Below, one piece after another: positions 12,616 through 27,497 of a DNA stretch of 64,000 bases (the stretch's first letter is position 1; each line of letters starts with the position of its first letter). The DNA comes from Bugula neritina. Lineage: Eukaryota > Animalia > Bryozoa. The DNA lies in contig OZ037765.1 of the NCBI GenBank assembly GCA_964035545.1, positions 32,363,504-32,427,503 of the forward strand. The letters are read 5' to 3'. The notes beneath the pieces were generated by a model that saw only the letters and a program-made list of their open reading frames with translations, searched no databases and had not been told where the DNA came from. The position numbers and the translations under genes were made by a program.

Positions 12616-15551
12616 ATGACAATGTCTGCTTGTTTTAACAGTGGCTTCAACCCTCGATTCAGAGTTTACGATGAGTTTGGATTACTCAATAAACTAGATA
12701 CTAAGGTAAACTTTTAATACCTTTGGATACATAGACTGATACTGATAGTGAAAGTAAAACTAAAAGTAAATGTAGCAGTAATAGAATAGTAATACTCATA
12801 CTGATTCTTGATAGTGATACTGATAGTCACATACTGATAGTGATACTCATACTGATACTCATGCTCATAGTCATACACTGATACAGTGATACTGTATTCA
12901 TACTGATACTCGTAATCATAGTGATACTGATGTCTGATAGTCTGATACTATAGTGATAGCCATATTCATACTCATACTTATAGAACATTTGAAAACACTC
13001 AAGGTTTTAGAAGTGCCTCATTCGTTTTACAGTGTGGACTACAAGACCAAGTTAAGTGATAGTTCAGTAGTTGTGTTGATTCAAATTTGTGTTGATTTAA
13101 TATTATTAGTAAAAGCCAAAAAGTGAACTCGGAATGGGATTTAAACTCATTTTGATTTACTTTTAGTATTTAGCCACTTATTATAATATTCAACAATATT
13201 TTGAATAAAAATAACTAGATAAAATTATATATTTTGTTGTAGTAGTGCAATTATGTAGAACAAAGCTGTATTTATAAGTAAAAGTTATATATTTTCTGTT
13301 GTAGAGTTTTACTAATATTACTGCAGTGTGCTGCTCACACATGAAAAAGGTAGGTGATATTGGAATTCAGACTGTTTTGTGATGATAGTAGAGAGTAATT
13401 GAAATATAATTTTATGATTATTTGACTTGAGAACTAGCTATTGCTTGAGTATGACTAGACATACTGCTGCTCATTATTCTCATCTCAGAACTCTCACAGT
13501 TTGTTAAATCATACAGTTTTCACGTACAATGTACTAGAATACTAGGTTTGTGTATATATTTGCATACCTTGAGTTTTATATGTTGGCAAATGAAAAGCCC
13601 TCCATTCACTGATTGTATAGCTTATGATAAGTTGAAGTAACTTCCCTTTCAGGTTGATAAACTGGCGATGTTTGAGTCTGTAGCAGCAAGAAATGGCTTG
13701 GAAGTCAAACTCCTTCAGTCTTCCGCTCAGACATTGGATTCGTTACTAAAAAGTGGGTAGATGTTTCGACCAGCCTCATTGGAATCAGTTTATTTGAAAG
13801 CTTATATAAAGAGTTTAATATTTTTAATTTCACTATTGTTGAAAACCTCCAGTTGTATTTTTACCAGAGATGACTATTGTTTGAGTAGTGTTGATGAATG
13901 AGATGGTACTGAGATTGACTAGGACTTTTATTGACTAAATTACTGGGCAACCAAGTGGTAGAGTATTGCATCCAGATGTATTGTATTGGTAAAGATTTTG
14001 CAACTTGGGTTAAGCTCTACAGTGTCTTCATATGCTCAATGCCATTTTATTCAATTGTAAAGTTCTCTATTGTATTTCTGTTAGGTTTTCTAGAGAAATG
14101 TCTCAGTGCAGAACAGATGGAGCATGATTTGTCCACCCTTGGTTTATCTTCGGACAAAATTGAAATTGTCACTAAATGTGTAAGTAGTGAGTTTAATCCT
14201 TTTTCTCTTGCTGTAGGTACTTTACAAGTATTAAACATTTTCAGTATTTTCTGCTACAGAATTTCTTACACTAGTAATGATTAGTCTTTTAACCTGTTAA
14301 GCTAATTGTTATTAGTCAAGTGACATGTTTCAGCAGTGATTATCATTTAGCCTGAAGTACTGTTCTACTTTATAGTTTGAAGAGTGGAGAACACTGTCTG
14401 GTAAATGTAGCACAAGTATTGACAATTTTTGCAAATACATATTTTTATGATTTCAATCACTTAGATTCTTTTTGCTCTGTGAGGTAGCAAAAAGTGTACT
14501 TGGTTGTTTCCTGTATGCAGGGTTTCTGGTAATGAGTGGATTTTACTCAGTCTAATGCTAATATTACCTCTTCCCACGCTAAGCCCTATACACTGTTTTA
14601 CACTAGCTTTTTATTTTTATTAAATTATAATTTTTAATTCAAATGCAATTTATGTACTTGTAGTGCTCATCTCTGATTGGCTCAAATCAAGACAAACTAT
14701 CAGTCCTTGGTGACATTTCAGCCAATCAGCTCGTAGATATGGAGTGGAAGTTTGGAGGTATACTTTCTACTAATTGCATATACCAGCTAGACTCTAGCAG
14801 CTAGACTCTAGCTGCTAGAGTGTGTTGAGTAGTATGTACGCTAGTAGCAGTGTTTGGCACTTTGCCAGATATGTTCTGAATTATTCTAGCCATGCTTTAG
14901 TTGGTACTAGATGACACCCATGTATCTTTTCTCACAGAAATTATTATTTTTCACATTTTATTTCCCTTTTCACATTTTCTCACTTTTTAATATCTTAACT
15001 ATCATTTTCAGTTCATTTAGTTTGTTAGTGTTTAGTGTTTCCTTCACCTTCTATCATGTAGGCGGAGTTTTAAACAAGTTTTATCGATCAATTTGTCAGC
15101 TTCTATTATTGTAGTGACTGCAGCCAGCAGCGAATTAGATAAAGTTGGCACTACATTTCTACAACTGAAGCTTAAAGTAGTCAACTCAAAGGGTGAACTG
15201 GAGAGTTTGAATATGGGTGAGTTCTGAGTGTAGTTTATGTTTATATTCACTCGATTTAACTCTTGCATTCTAGCAATAGCAGTGGTAATGGGTAAAGAAG
15301 AGTGGGAATTGAATTTGTTGGATTTCATTCAAATAATGGTTAATCATTAATTAATAATTCTTTTAGTAAAAAATGACATTCGCTGCTGATGGGTGGATCA
15401 TTGTGCAGAGTTTCTCTTAAGAGTCATATTTATTGTAACACCTGTTTTTGTCATCATCATTATTTATTTAATTTCAGAATTATCGCTGACACAGTTCTAC
15501 AATTTGCTTCATGAACTGGAGAAAGCTAAAACACTTCTGGACTATATTTAA
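12616..15551 (+). CDS. COMMD7: COMM domain-containing protein 7
   Basis: Exons 12616-12705, 13305-13349, 13653-13752, 14085-14179, then either 14376-14400 plus 14692-14757 or 14664-14757, then 15115-15216 and 15478-15551. The C-terminal COMM domain NQLVDMEWKFGVTAASSELDKVGTTFLQLKL...ELSLTQFYNLLHELEKAK matches COMMD7 rather than COMMD6. Confidence 0.9.
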
Positions 15552-16569
15552 CTGTCTGTCATTGTTTTTATTATTATTGTTTTTTTATAATAATTAAGTA
15601 TTTAGGGGTAATAAAATATCTCTGTCAATAGATTAATGCAGTTAGACAAATCTTAAACTATGAAACTGAAGTTTTACGTATTTTCAAGCGTATTATCCTT
15701 TCTTTTCATTACTAAAGTCTATTATGTTACTGGATATTGATTCAATCATAAAGTGAAAATAATTCCTAAACTGTTTTCTCAATATAGAGACCAAGAAAGC
15801 CTTTTTTTGTTGTAGTGGTACTTATATTTGGTGTTATATTCTGCATCGAAAACATACATCGAAAAGCTCACTAGCATTGATTATTGTGATCTCAGCAATT
15901 CCTGAGATAGTCCTTACTTTGCACTGTAATACGTCAACTAATTTATTGGTGCTAAATTATTGTAAGCTCTAGATTACAATAATAAATGTATTTTTTTGGG
16001 TTTGAAACTTACAATGTAACATCTGTACTCAGTATGCAGTTGTTTTTGCTGTCACAGCTGTTACATTGGAGTGTGTGCAATACTTCAATTGTAAAAATAT
16101 TGCTAAGTTTTATTGCTCCAACAAAGTTGTCTTTTCCTATAACTTTTAACTTTGTTGTTTTTGCAGAGTTCCTATACATCGATACGGTAGAGCATATTTT
16201 TTGTTGAACAATTTTATTTTAATATAATTTTTTATGTTTTTATAATGCATATGTGACAACAATTGTTACAATAAAACAATGACTATGGCTACGAAATTGT
16301 TATATCATTTTTTTTAATACAGTATAGAGATTTCAATGGTTTAACTGCAGCACTTACCACGAAAACATAAAACGTATTCAATAATTTATCGTAACTTAAT
16401 AGATGCAAGTGACAATGAAAAGAGTTATAAATAATTTCAACGGTTTTAGTACCACACAACAAAATTATGACAAGTATTTTATTTATGAACCGAAACGACA
16501 TCACATCTATGTTAACAACTTCTTTGTTTTAGGAGGTAAATAAAATGTGAAACAATATGCAATAGCCTG

Positions 16570-19109
16570 CTACTCGCCCTTTTCATCTGTGATAACTGCA
16601 GATGCCTGGGAATGCAGCATACTGTCCTCTTCCTTTATAGAGTTGATGAAATCCACTCTGGTTGCATTCGGTCGCATAAGACTACTGCTCCGAAATGTTG
16701 AATCCATTTGGTGTAATCTTCTACCTCTCTTATCTTTGTCTCGGACGCAGCTGTACATTTTTCGAAGGCGAATTTTGTAAGACGCACTGCACATGTAGTA
16801 AATTACTGGGTTTGCAGAAGAGTTGATGAAGCCTAGCATATAAATGACCACCCTCAGTGGCCAAGTGTCGTGAAAGGTCTTCTTGCTAAACGTCTCAACG
16901 AAGAGAAACACTTGAGGCGGAGTATAGCTAATAAAATAGACCAACACGCATGCAAATAGCATTCTGATCACATGTCGTCTTGATCGGGCAGCATTGCTGC
17001 TTCGTCTTACGTCTATATTCTGCTCGGTTTTCTTACTTTTGTGAGTGGAACGTCGTTTGTTGACATCATTTTCAACGCAGTCTTCTAATTGGTCAGAATT
17101 AACATTTCTTTTTTTCGATTTTTTACTAAGAAAACTTGTATTTGCCTCGGAATCGTGAAGCCCCTTCTTGTAGCCAGAAGGTTGGTGGGAACAGTCAAGT
17201 CTAGCACTTTGTCGTAATTTTCTAAAAATTAGGGCAAAAAGGACTACTTGCACAACAAGGGGTATCGCATACATAAGTGAGAACTCCAAATATTTATAGA
17301 CATAGTGCCAGGTCATGCTAATGTCTAGTTGGCAGTAGTAGACCGTCTCGGTGATGCTGACAGATGCCGGAGCCAGTTTGACAAGGACAGCAGTTGGTAG
17401 AGCACCACCAATTGAAATTAGCCAGAGGCTACCAACTGCAATGAGAATTCTTTTGCGGGTGAGAGAGGATCGTGCCTGCATTGGCCGAATAATAGCCACG
17501 GATCTGTAAATAAAGAGAATAGTTTCATGACATGATATGCTATATGCTGTTTAGTGAGTGGCTTATCTCAGGAAACTGCCCAAATCAATTTGCTAATACT
17601 TGATTATTTATTCATAAATATAAGATTATTACCAGCAATCAATAAAAATGCCATCTACAAGATAAGATAACTCGTGTTCGTCATTTGCAAACAGATTTTA
17701 AAGTGCAATTATCTATGCACACCTTTATATTAATGAATAAATCAAAAGTTAAAGGTACAAGCGTCAACTTCGAATTGAAATTTTGACTAAATTTTAATAT
17801 TATGAAGACATACATATACAACTTTACACATATATATTGTTATTATACCAATGTAAATGCACGAAGTAGCTCTCCATTGTAATATGTATAATTTTGCAAT
17901 ATTGCACTTGAAAAGTCACAAACATATATATATCATGTTGGTCAAAGTTAGCATAATAGTTTGAAGGCAACAAGTATATTCTCAAAGTAGTATGTACCAT
18001 AAGCTTTCTATATTATATTGGCCGTCTACATTACTTAAAATTTAACATGTGAAATTATCTTTCAACTACTTTCAAACAGTTGTAAACTATTCAAAGCTAA
18101 CAAGAAAGTTTTCCTGTTAATAATATTGCCATCTTTACGCCTCACTTAATTGAAATAATTGTAATAATTAATTAAACCTATTTTGTTGAAGTAAATAATT
18201 TGCAATGAAATAAATAAATAGATAGATGATTGCTAAAATATCATATTCCTATTTGGTTTTGTTAAGGAATGTTTGATAATATAGTTCAAGGAACACGTGG
18301 TATACCATAGCTCTCCAAAACATTTAACAAAGATTGCTACTGAAGATCATTGTGAATTTTTAATATGCTTATAGATACTTACTACTAATAAATATGTACT
18401 ACTAAAACTTAAGCAAGTGAAGTCAACTTTTAATTGTAATCCGCATAAAAATTTAAACATGAATATTCAATTAAAGAAACAAACAATTGCTCTGTTAAGC
18501 ATTTTTGACTTATAGTAGAATTTTTCCTTGTAATAGCTTTAAAACTTTTCTTGCTGATAAAAAATTGAGCAAGTCTATAAATTAACCCTATTTTTAGAAA
18601 ATGCTATAAACTGCACTATCTATGAGATTTTTATTTTTATCAGCAAAATAGATGTAAAAGCATAAAAAATAAGCAGTGAATCAAGTGAAGGCTGTAATTT
18701 ACACTTACCTTTCTATGGTAACAGCTAGCAAGGAGAGAACTGACAGGTAAAGACTGGAAACCAAGATGAATCTAAAAACTTTACAGGCACCCTCCCCAAG
18801 CACCCAACCTCTGTCTAGCATAAACTGTATGATTTCTGGTATTCCAAAGAGATTTAGAGTAAAGTCAGCTATAGCCATATTGAGGATATACAAGTTCATC
18901 ACCGAAGCCCTCATTATCCTGCATCTGCATATCACCCAGATGACGCTGAAATTGCCAACAATCCCCACCAAGATTATAGCGATACTCAGCACAGAAGCCA
19001 GGAGGATATGGTACAGTGGCCGGCTTGCTAAGGTTTCCGGCACTTCTGTTAGACATGTTGAATTTGTGGTAGCGTTGCACGCGATATCAGCATAAGACAT
19101 CTCGGACAT
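16570..19109 (-). CDS. Class A (rhodopsin-like) neuropeptide-type GPCR, ~444 aa, ligand not assignable
   Basis: Exon 1 19109-18709 (AG|gtaagt) and exon 2 17503-16570 (tttacag|). Seven hydrophobic helices: TM1 GN, TM2 NMAIADF, ECL1 WVLGEGACK, TM3 ERS, TM4 W, TM5 YAIP, TM6 SYTP, TM7 NSSANPVIY. N-terminal glycosylation sequons NAT and NST. Confidence 0.93.
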
Positions 19110-22100
19110 TGCTTGATCTCTCTCTGTTCATAAATGTAGATACACAGTTATTGCTTGTTGATATTGGTTAGTCTTAGCAATCAAGACACTAGTATTGAAA
19201 TAAATGCCGTTCCGTAGCTACCTACAATATATCTATCCAGTAGACCATTCGAGTACTATAATATTGATAAATCTACACACTTACGATGTTTATTATATTT
19301 CTCTAAGATGTTTTATAATCAGCCACAACTCATTAACATAATATTTAGAATGCTATAGCCGCTGCATATGTATCTGCAAAAATCTGTTCGCACTCAATCA
19401 GAAAATTTATGAGTAAATATTTACATTATTAGTATATTAATTATATAGCAGTACACATTTTCGGAGCCACTTGTATAGTAGAAATTAGCATATCTGAGTG
19501 TAATATATAGAGAAAAGAAGAGTTGAATGTGTATACAGTTGAGCCATAACAGACAGTGCTACTGTATTGTGCAGATAAATCACATGCCAAATGACTGAAC
19601 TGAGTAACTTTACTGAAGATTATAAAAATCATGCCATGAAGTTTTAAATTTCAATAATCATGTACTTTGAAATCAAATAATTTAAAAAAAAATGTTTTAT
19701 GTAAAGTAGCAAATACTTTTGAAGTAATTCCACACAGCATATTGTGTTCGAAACATTGTTTATTGTCCATGCATGCTATCCAAACTAATTAAAGTCGTGT
19801 GTATTAAATTAAAATAAAACAGTTGAAGAGAATTTCAAATTAAAGTTTAGCACTTTATGCTTAGAGGACTGCATGGCAAGTTATATTCATATTTCAATGT
19901 AGCCATATTTCAAGAACACTTTTAACTGCATCTTCTAAAAAGAATAAATAAATAAAAAAATGAACAGTTCTAGTTTTAGTTTTAAAGAGTTTTTGTAACC
20001 AGTTTCAGTGGGCAAAAAACTTTTAGTTAAACGACTGTTCAAAACTTTTACCACATATAAAAAGCCTAACATAAAAATACTGCTAAGGTGAGTAGAATTG
20101 CATTCATAACAATTTAACTGTAAACTTCCAAACTCAAGTATAGTGCAGCTTTTAAAGTCACTATATGATATACAAAATCACTAAGAAAAATGCTTATAAT
20201 AGCACAAGATTTTAGAAATTACGACTTAACTGGGTGCACCAGCAATAGTAAACCTACAACCATGCACAAGTTGATATTTATATGCTATATTGCCTATATT
20301 AAAAAAGTTAGATATAGCAATAGGGAAAAAAGCAAGCTAGATGCTAAATTGCTGAAAATGCAAAAAGAAGCTTTTTAGATAAAAGAAAGAAGTGATAAAA
20401 ACTAAACAATTGTCACAGAAACTCTAAGCAAAAAAGCCTCTTAGAAAATGTTTAGCCAATAAAGAAGTAGATGTAAAACTGTGATGCAACTTTAATTTTA
20501 GACTGGAGGACTGAGAAAACGTGATAAAGCATAATAAAGTTGATTCAGAAGACCAACAGTGTTGAAAAATTAAAAAAAGTAGTTTTTGAAAAAAACTTAA
20601 TTGAGCAAACTCTGGATTTATGTTCAGGGAAGTTAGCTTTTCAAAAATGAGGCTGTGAATTTATTCGAGGGGTATGAAGCTAAAACCTTTTATCTCTAAC
20701 AAAGATATTGCAGCTACAGCATGCAGCTGTGAATATAAAGTAAGTTAACTAGAAATGGTATTCTGGTTTTAGGTAACGTAGATTACATAACCTTGGAATT
20801 GAACACGCAGAGAAAGCTTTTAAGTAAAACTATTATTCTCTCAGAAATGCAGAATTGCTATATCTGTTATATGCCATCTGCCTATATCATACCGTTCATA
20901 ATATTATTATAGTAGTTGTAGCCGCGTGAAGGTAAATAAGTAAATGTAACAACTTAAGGTGTGCGGCTAACAAGTCTACTGCAATATAAAAGTGATTGAA
21001 ACACAGAACAGTACAATTTTCACCACAATTTCTTGAAATAAAAGCTTATTGATCAGAATTTTGCAACTTTATTCCAAGTGTCATCTTCTTACTGTTTGCT
21101 GATAATCTCAAAACATTCACTTACATAATAATATGTAAGTCATTGAAAGTCAATTATGTCATATGACCCACTCTATACATAGGTTTTCAATATTATGGCC
21201 AAGTTATTACCAAGGTTTATTAAAATGACAATATTATTGGTGTTTGACCTATCTAGCTGTGTGCAAATCTCATTATTTTGATAAAATGGAAGTGTTGGCA
21301 TCAGTCAATCACCTCTTCGCGTGCACTTCGCAGCTGATAATAACTAGTAATTAGCACATTGTGCTTACAGAGCATTACAGCTTGTTGTATGTAAGAATTC
21401 ATCCCTCTGCATATAGAATGAGATGTCAATCAGGTACTGAGTCTATTCCTGTCAAGAACTGAGTCTATTCCTGTCAGGGTGTGATGATTATTCAGTGTGA
21501 AGTTTTCCAGTGTTTTAGTAAAATTTTAAACAGCAAACATATAAAGATATTAGCTAATGAAATAAACAAAACAACATAAATATATATACATTGATACTAA
21601 CAACTATTTACTCCAATGCTAGCAGCTGTAAGTTATAGAAGTTACAGCTGCATGCAGTGGACGGAGCTAGGAAGTAGGCAGGGGTATATGCCACACCTCC
21701 GCCAACTTCTCTTAGAGTGCAGTAAACTTAGCAGTACCCTACTACAATAACTCATTGCATTCCCATGAAGTATGTGAAATTAATGGCCAAATAGCAGTTT
21801 GGTTCGACATTATAAAAAGCTAGTAATTATACGAGCTATTCTATAAAATGTCAAAAGTCAAAACACAAGTCTCATGGCCATTGTCAATCTATACTTGAAG
21901 AGCTTCATATCAAGAAGCAGCTTTTATGAATCCCTGTTTAATAAACGTTTTGTTTGCATTTTTTTATTGAAATATTAATCGCTGAAAAATATTATTTTTA
22001 ACAAATTAGTATTAATATAACCTATAGTAATTTATTTTTTTTGTAAAAATTTTAGATGTCAATTTATTTATGCTTGTTTGGGTACAACAAATAAGTGCGA

Positions 22101-22602
22101 CCAAATATATGTTTTGTTTCTAAAGATTTTTATAGTTTGTTTCAATATTCCTCATCCCTTTTCAAGATTATTTTGTCCTAACTGCATAAACATATTTTTT
22201 ACTATTTTATAAATTTTGGTTTAGGGTATGGAATGAAATTCTAGTAATAGCATGGTACTCCATTTGCTATTTTTGTCATAGAACAAAGACTTTTTTCACT
22301 TTCCCTGTTGCATGCTGAAAAACCAATGCAGATACCCTAATCGCACCTGATGATACTGTTTTAATAAATTTTTGTTTCCTTATACATTGAAATATATTTG
22401 TATAATGTACAATACTGAAGGCTGGGTTACCTCTAGAAACCATATAAAACAATCAACATAATTTAGGGTATGCTTTGATAGATTATTATAAATTTATTTT
22501 GATCTAAATTGATATCATATTTTAATTGCTGATATAAATAGTATCTAGAATGCAATTGAGTGCAATATACAATTGGATTAACTTACATAACATTTTCAGT
22601 AT

Positions 22603-23404
<802 letters not shown>

Positions 23405-23406
23405 TA

Positions 23407-26400
23407 TTAGTCTTTAAAGCCATTTTTGGTATCAGATTTTATATAATTTTCAGCCAACAACGGGATTGTTTCTTCATCGCCTACATGTAATAGAAAAAGA
23501 ATATATAATATCAATAAATGCGCAATTGTACTATACGAAACTTATTTTAGAAACGAAGTAATGGCTTCACAAAGGAACAGCACCACTTCTGCTAAAACGG
23601 CTCTTTTTTCTAAAGTTATCACCTCTTTTAAAATTACTGCATATAATTATTAAACTAAACACTAAGTAGGGCGTATGAGCCATTTATGAACATTTTATAG
23701 AGGAAAACTAAGTGAATGCTTTGCTAAAAGTAAGCAGTGCTAAAGCAACTTTAATTTTTCAGATTTCTTTGTGGTGGCAAAATGGTGACACTTGTCCCCC
23801 ATGCATCTGTCAAATATGTCTTTAAGAGAGCAATTTTGGAAACAAAACCTAAGCACAGTTCAATTGATTCACTCACTGAGCAAATTTTAAGCAATTGCTA
23901 GCATATTCTTTCTTTAATGTGCAAGTATTTTAGTGGAGAATATTATACTATTATATAATACTATATATATTCATTTTGTGTTTGAGGTTTTCTCCTCTTA
24001 CCAAAGTTTGAATTTTTTGTAGTTTCATGGTTAACGAGAACAAAATCATTTGATAATTCTTCTTCACTTTCCCAGTGTAGCTCTACTAGGAAGAGATATA
24101 TAAGAGCTCCCAGGATGGCTCCAATGTGGGGGCCAACAATAGGCACCCAGAACCAGTTGTAGTTTCTGAAGCTACAAATAGGAAGACAACTCTTACTAGT
24201 ATTTAAATTGGGATGAGCATTCCTTACGTTTTGGATATGCATAAAATATTTTCATCATGCAGCTGCTGTTACTTGCAAATATAAACTTTAACAAATTACT
24301 TCTAATAACCAATGTGTAGGAGTCACATTCAAAACTGTGTTGAAAGAAGAATTCGTTCCGCAACTCTTCATGCCAAAACCTTTAGCATAATATAATGGAA
24401 TATTCAGCAAAACCGAGCTTTAGAGTCATGATATTTGCAAACTCACATAGCTCAAACAAGAACATGAAAGATACTCCCATAATGATGCAGTTTATATTTC
24501 TACAAATAGTGAAAACACTCATTAGTCTGCTATATATGCTTTCCTAAAGTCTAAAGATCGCTGTTTTAACTTGTTTTACAATATAGTAATATGACAAAGG
24601 TTAAAATGTTTTATGCACAAATATTTACTCATGCAACAGATTTTTATAATTGAATAAACTTTTTCAAAGTCATAGCGTTTGATTATAAACTTTACAGTTT
24701 GTAAATCATAGAAACATGAAATTATATATTTGTTAATTCTGATTAAAAAGTACATTTGATAACATGTCTAATAAGTTTATTCCCCTATACTGTGATTTCA
24801 AGAAAGAGTAGCTCTTGATGGATGTTTTTTTCCTTAAAGCTACAGTTTAGCATTGAAGTTTATGTAGTTGTTTTGTTCAAAAATTGTGTTCTAATATAGT
24901 AGCCAAATTGAGACAGTCTAATAAAGTATGTTACTTGAAAGTTTCAACTGAGAGTATACTAGCTTAGATACCATATGGCCCACTGTTAGACTTGAGTGTA
25001 TTCAATCGTATGCAGGTAGAAACTAGACTACCAGCATATAAACTGCAATGTATGAAAATTTACACCTGTGTGATTCTACTATGCAATACCTCTGTCTTAG
25101 TAATAGACATAGACTGCATGATAGCAGTGCTACATTTCAATGAAGAACTGCTCTGAAATAGTTCGGGCATTGTTGGTGGCAACTGAGTACAATGATTGGG
25201 GGCAGGAGTCTCAAGTTTAGAGTTTGACAACCATGTTTAAGCAAACACTGCACTCAGTGATCCCAAACTTTGTGCTGCGATTCTCTGTTCTAACAGATAA
25301 GTGTTCTGAAATAATTAGATAGAGTTTGAAGATTCTGACTGAGGCATACAAAGCCGCAAATTTTGAAAACTGAAACATGTTTATATTTATTTCTCTTACA
25401 TGCAAAGTCTTTATATCAAAAGGTATAAGTCTATCCAAGTCAATCAATGACTTGAGTATACCTAAATTGAATTGGTCAGTTCATGTTGACTTGACTCGTT
25501 GATAGCTTTAGGATCTATTTGAAAAAGTTTTGTCTGGGCCATAACTTGAGACGACTTAATATAATTTTTACTCTAATCTAAAATATGTTTCGGGAAACGT
25601 ATTTTTGACAAAATCAGATATTCATACTTACGAGAAGACATCAGTGCCCCAGCCTGCCAGAGCTGTGAATATTCTAGGAGAGAGATCTCTGGCTGGGTTA
25701 ATGGCATATCCACAGTTGTATCCGTATGCAGCACCAATCACAAACACTGTTAGTCCAACTAACACAGGTACTAGAAACTTGGGTACGTCAGCATTGCGTC
25801 TGTCTGTTATAGCCATGACTGGCAGCACCAGCAATATAGTACCCACAATCTGGCAGCAAAATGAAATTCAAATCACAAGTAATATTTGTAACCAAATTTA
25901 TTTGATTTTAAATCAGATGCCAACAGTTCATAGCGAAAGTGTATTCTATGCATTCGCTAGTGAAAAGTTGAATAAATCAACTCAAGTTTTCAGTAACACT
26001 ATCTCGAGTGTAGATTAACAAGATTAACAATCCATTTAAAGCAGACATTATATCATTTGAGTTATAATTACCTCCCGGATTTCTACTAGTACTGCACGCT
26101 TCGTTAACTTCGGAACATAAAATTATGTATTTTTCTATTCCAGTTAAGTTTTATTTAACCAGTTATATAAGTGTTTGACTATTATGTTACATTGGGAGTT
26201 GTCATTCTCACCTGGTCAGCCAAACCTTCTGTTGCTGAGAGAAATTCCTGAGGATATGTTGAGAATATTCCGGCAGTTGAGTTGGCTAGAGTTGGGTCTG
26301 TCAACTTCACTCCTCCAGAATAGTTTTCAATCGCCTCTGCAATGTTTAGAAAAATATCTTGTACAAAACGTTTGTTAGTTTATCTGTATTTAATACACTC

Positions 26401-27497
26401 GTTGAAAACTGCAGTACTACTTTTGTTATGTTCTATAATTTAGACACTACAGAGCAACAAATTAACATTGGTATTTTGAATTTGAAGATAACGTTCTATC
26501 CCAAACTCACCAAAATATACGAGGTAGACAATAGATGCCCCAACTAAAGCTCCGAGATACTGAGCTAACATATAGACAGGCAATAGTGTCCACTTTAATC
26601 GGCCAATCAGAGCCATAGCTAAAGAAACTGCTGGATTAATGTGACCACCTAAAAAGCAGCATTGTCTTTATCAGTTATTTTTAAAACTTCATACTATTGT
26701 GATACAAACTAGTATCCAATATTACAAAAATAGCTGCATTAACATATTATACTTTTCAGCTTAAAACTTTGTCATAAATATTTTGTTTTATAAAAGTAAA
26801 AATAATAGAATTTTTACAGCTGTTATAGACATACAAGAGCATGATTTGGTAATAAAGTAGTCCTAATGATTTTTCTAATTAACGTTGTTGCTTGTAGGCC
26901 TATAATACCTGAGACATTAATTGAAATCAGAATTCCTATTATGACGGCCATACACCACGCCCAGTTAATGGTTGTGAAGTCACCATAAGCTGTATGACTT
27001 GTCACTGACTGTGTAACTGATCCTAATCCAAATATCTACAACAGGAAAGAGTCACTAACAGTGCGCTATTTGGTGCCTTAAAAATTCTAAGTTATTCACT
27101 TCATTTTTCATTATCGTTTTTTTTACCATATTTTAAACAAACAATATTTATTGATTGTGACCACAATCAAAATAGCATTTACTAGGCCAGCGCTCTAGTA
27201 CTGCAAAATCACTGCTGCAATCTCAGGCCTCATGATTATAGTATGATAAAGTGACTACAGAAGCAGGCGTCAAAGTTACAACTTATTATACATTATCACT
27301 TGGATATACTGTACTAAACTTATTATTAAAAAGCTAAAGATATTATCACTTGAAAAGCATTATTGTTCATAATTTAAGCACAAAATCTGAGGGATATCTT
27401 AAAAAAAACTTACAATAAGTATGCATGTTCCAAGAAACTCAGCAAAAGCCACTCTGATTGCATAACTCTTCACTTTCACAGCTGATATAGAAACCAT
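23407..27497 (-). CDS. Aquaglyceroporin A (AQP3/7/9/10-GlpF class MIP channel)
   Basis: Exons 27497-27414, 27035-26909, 26648-26511, 26336-26212, 25849-25632, 24171-24002, and inferred exon 7 at 23480-23407. Without that splice the stop is at 23961. Motifs [34 protein letters not shown] (the D after NPAR is the aquaglyceroporin signature) and [10 protein letters not shown]. Confidence 0.93.

Noticed and set aside
19200-22500. Possible additional gene between the GPCR and aquaglyceroporin A
   Set aside because: Only short AT-rich ORFs and repeat remnants are present, and no coherent exon chain was found. GPCR 5' UTR exons may lie here.
25605-26018. Recurrent antisense ORFs ([17 protein letters not shown]...) at 25605, 32363, 43472 and 53448
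   Set aside because: They are shadows of conserved aquaglyceroporin exon 5 and recur only because the sense exon does.
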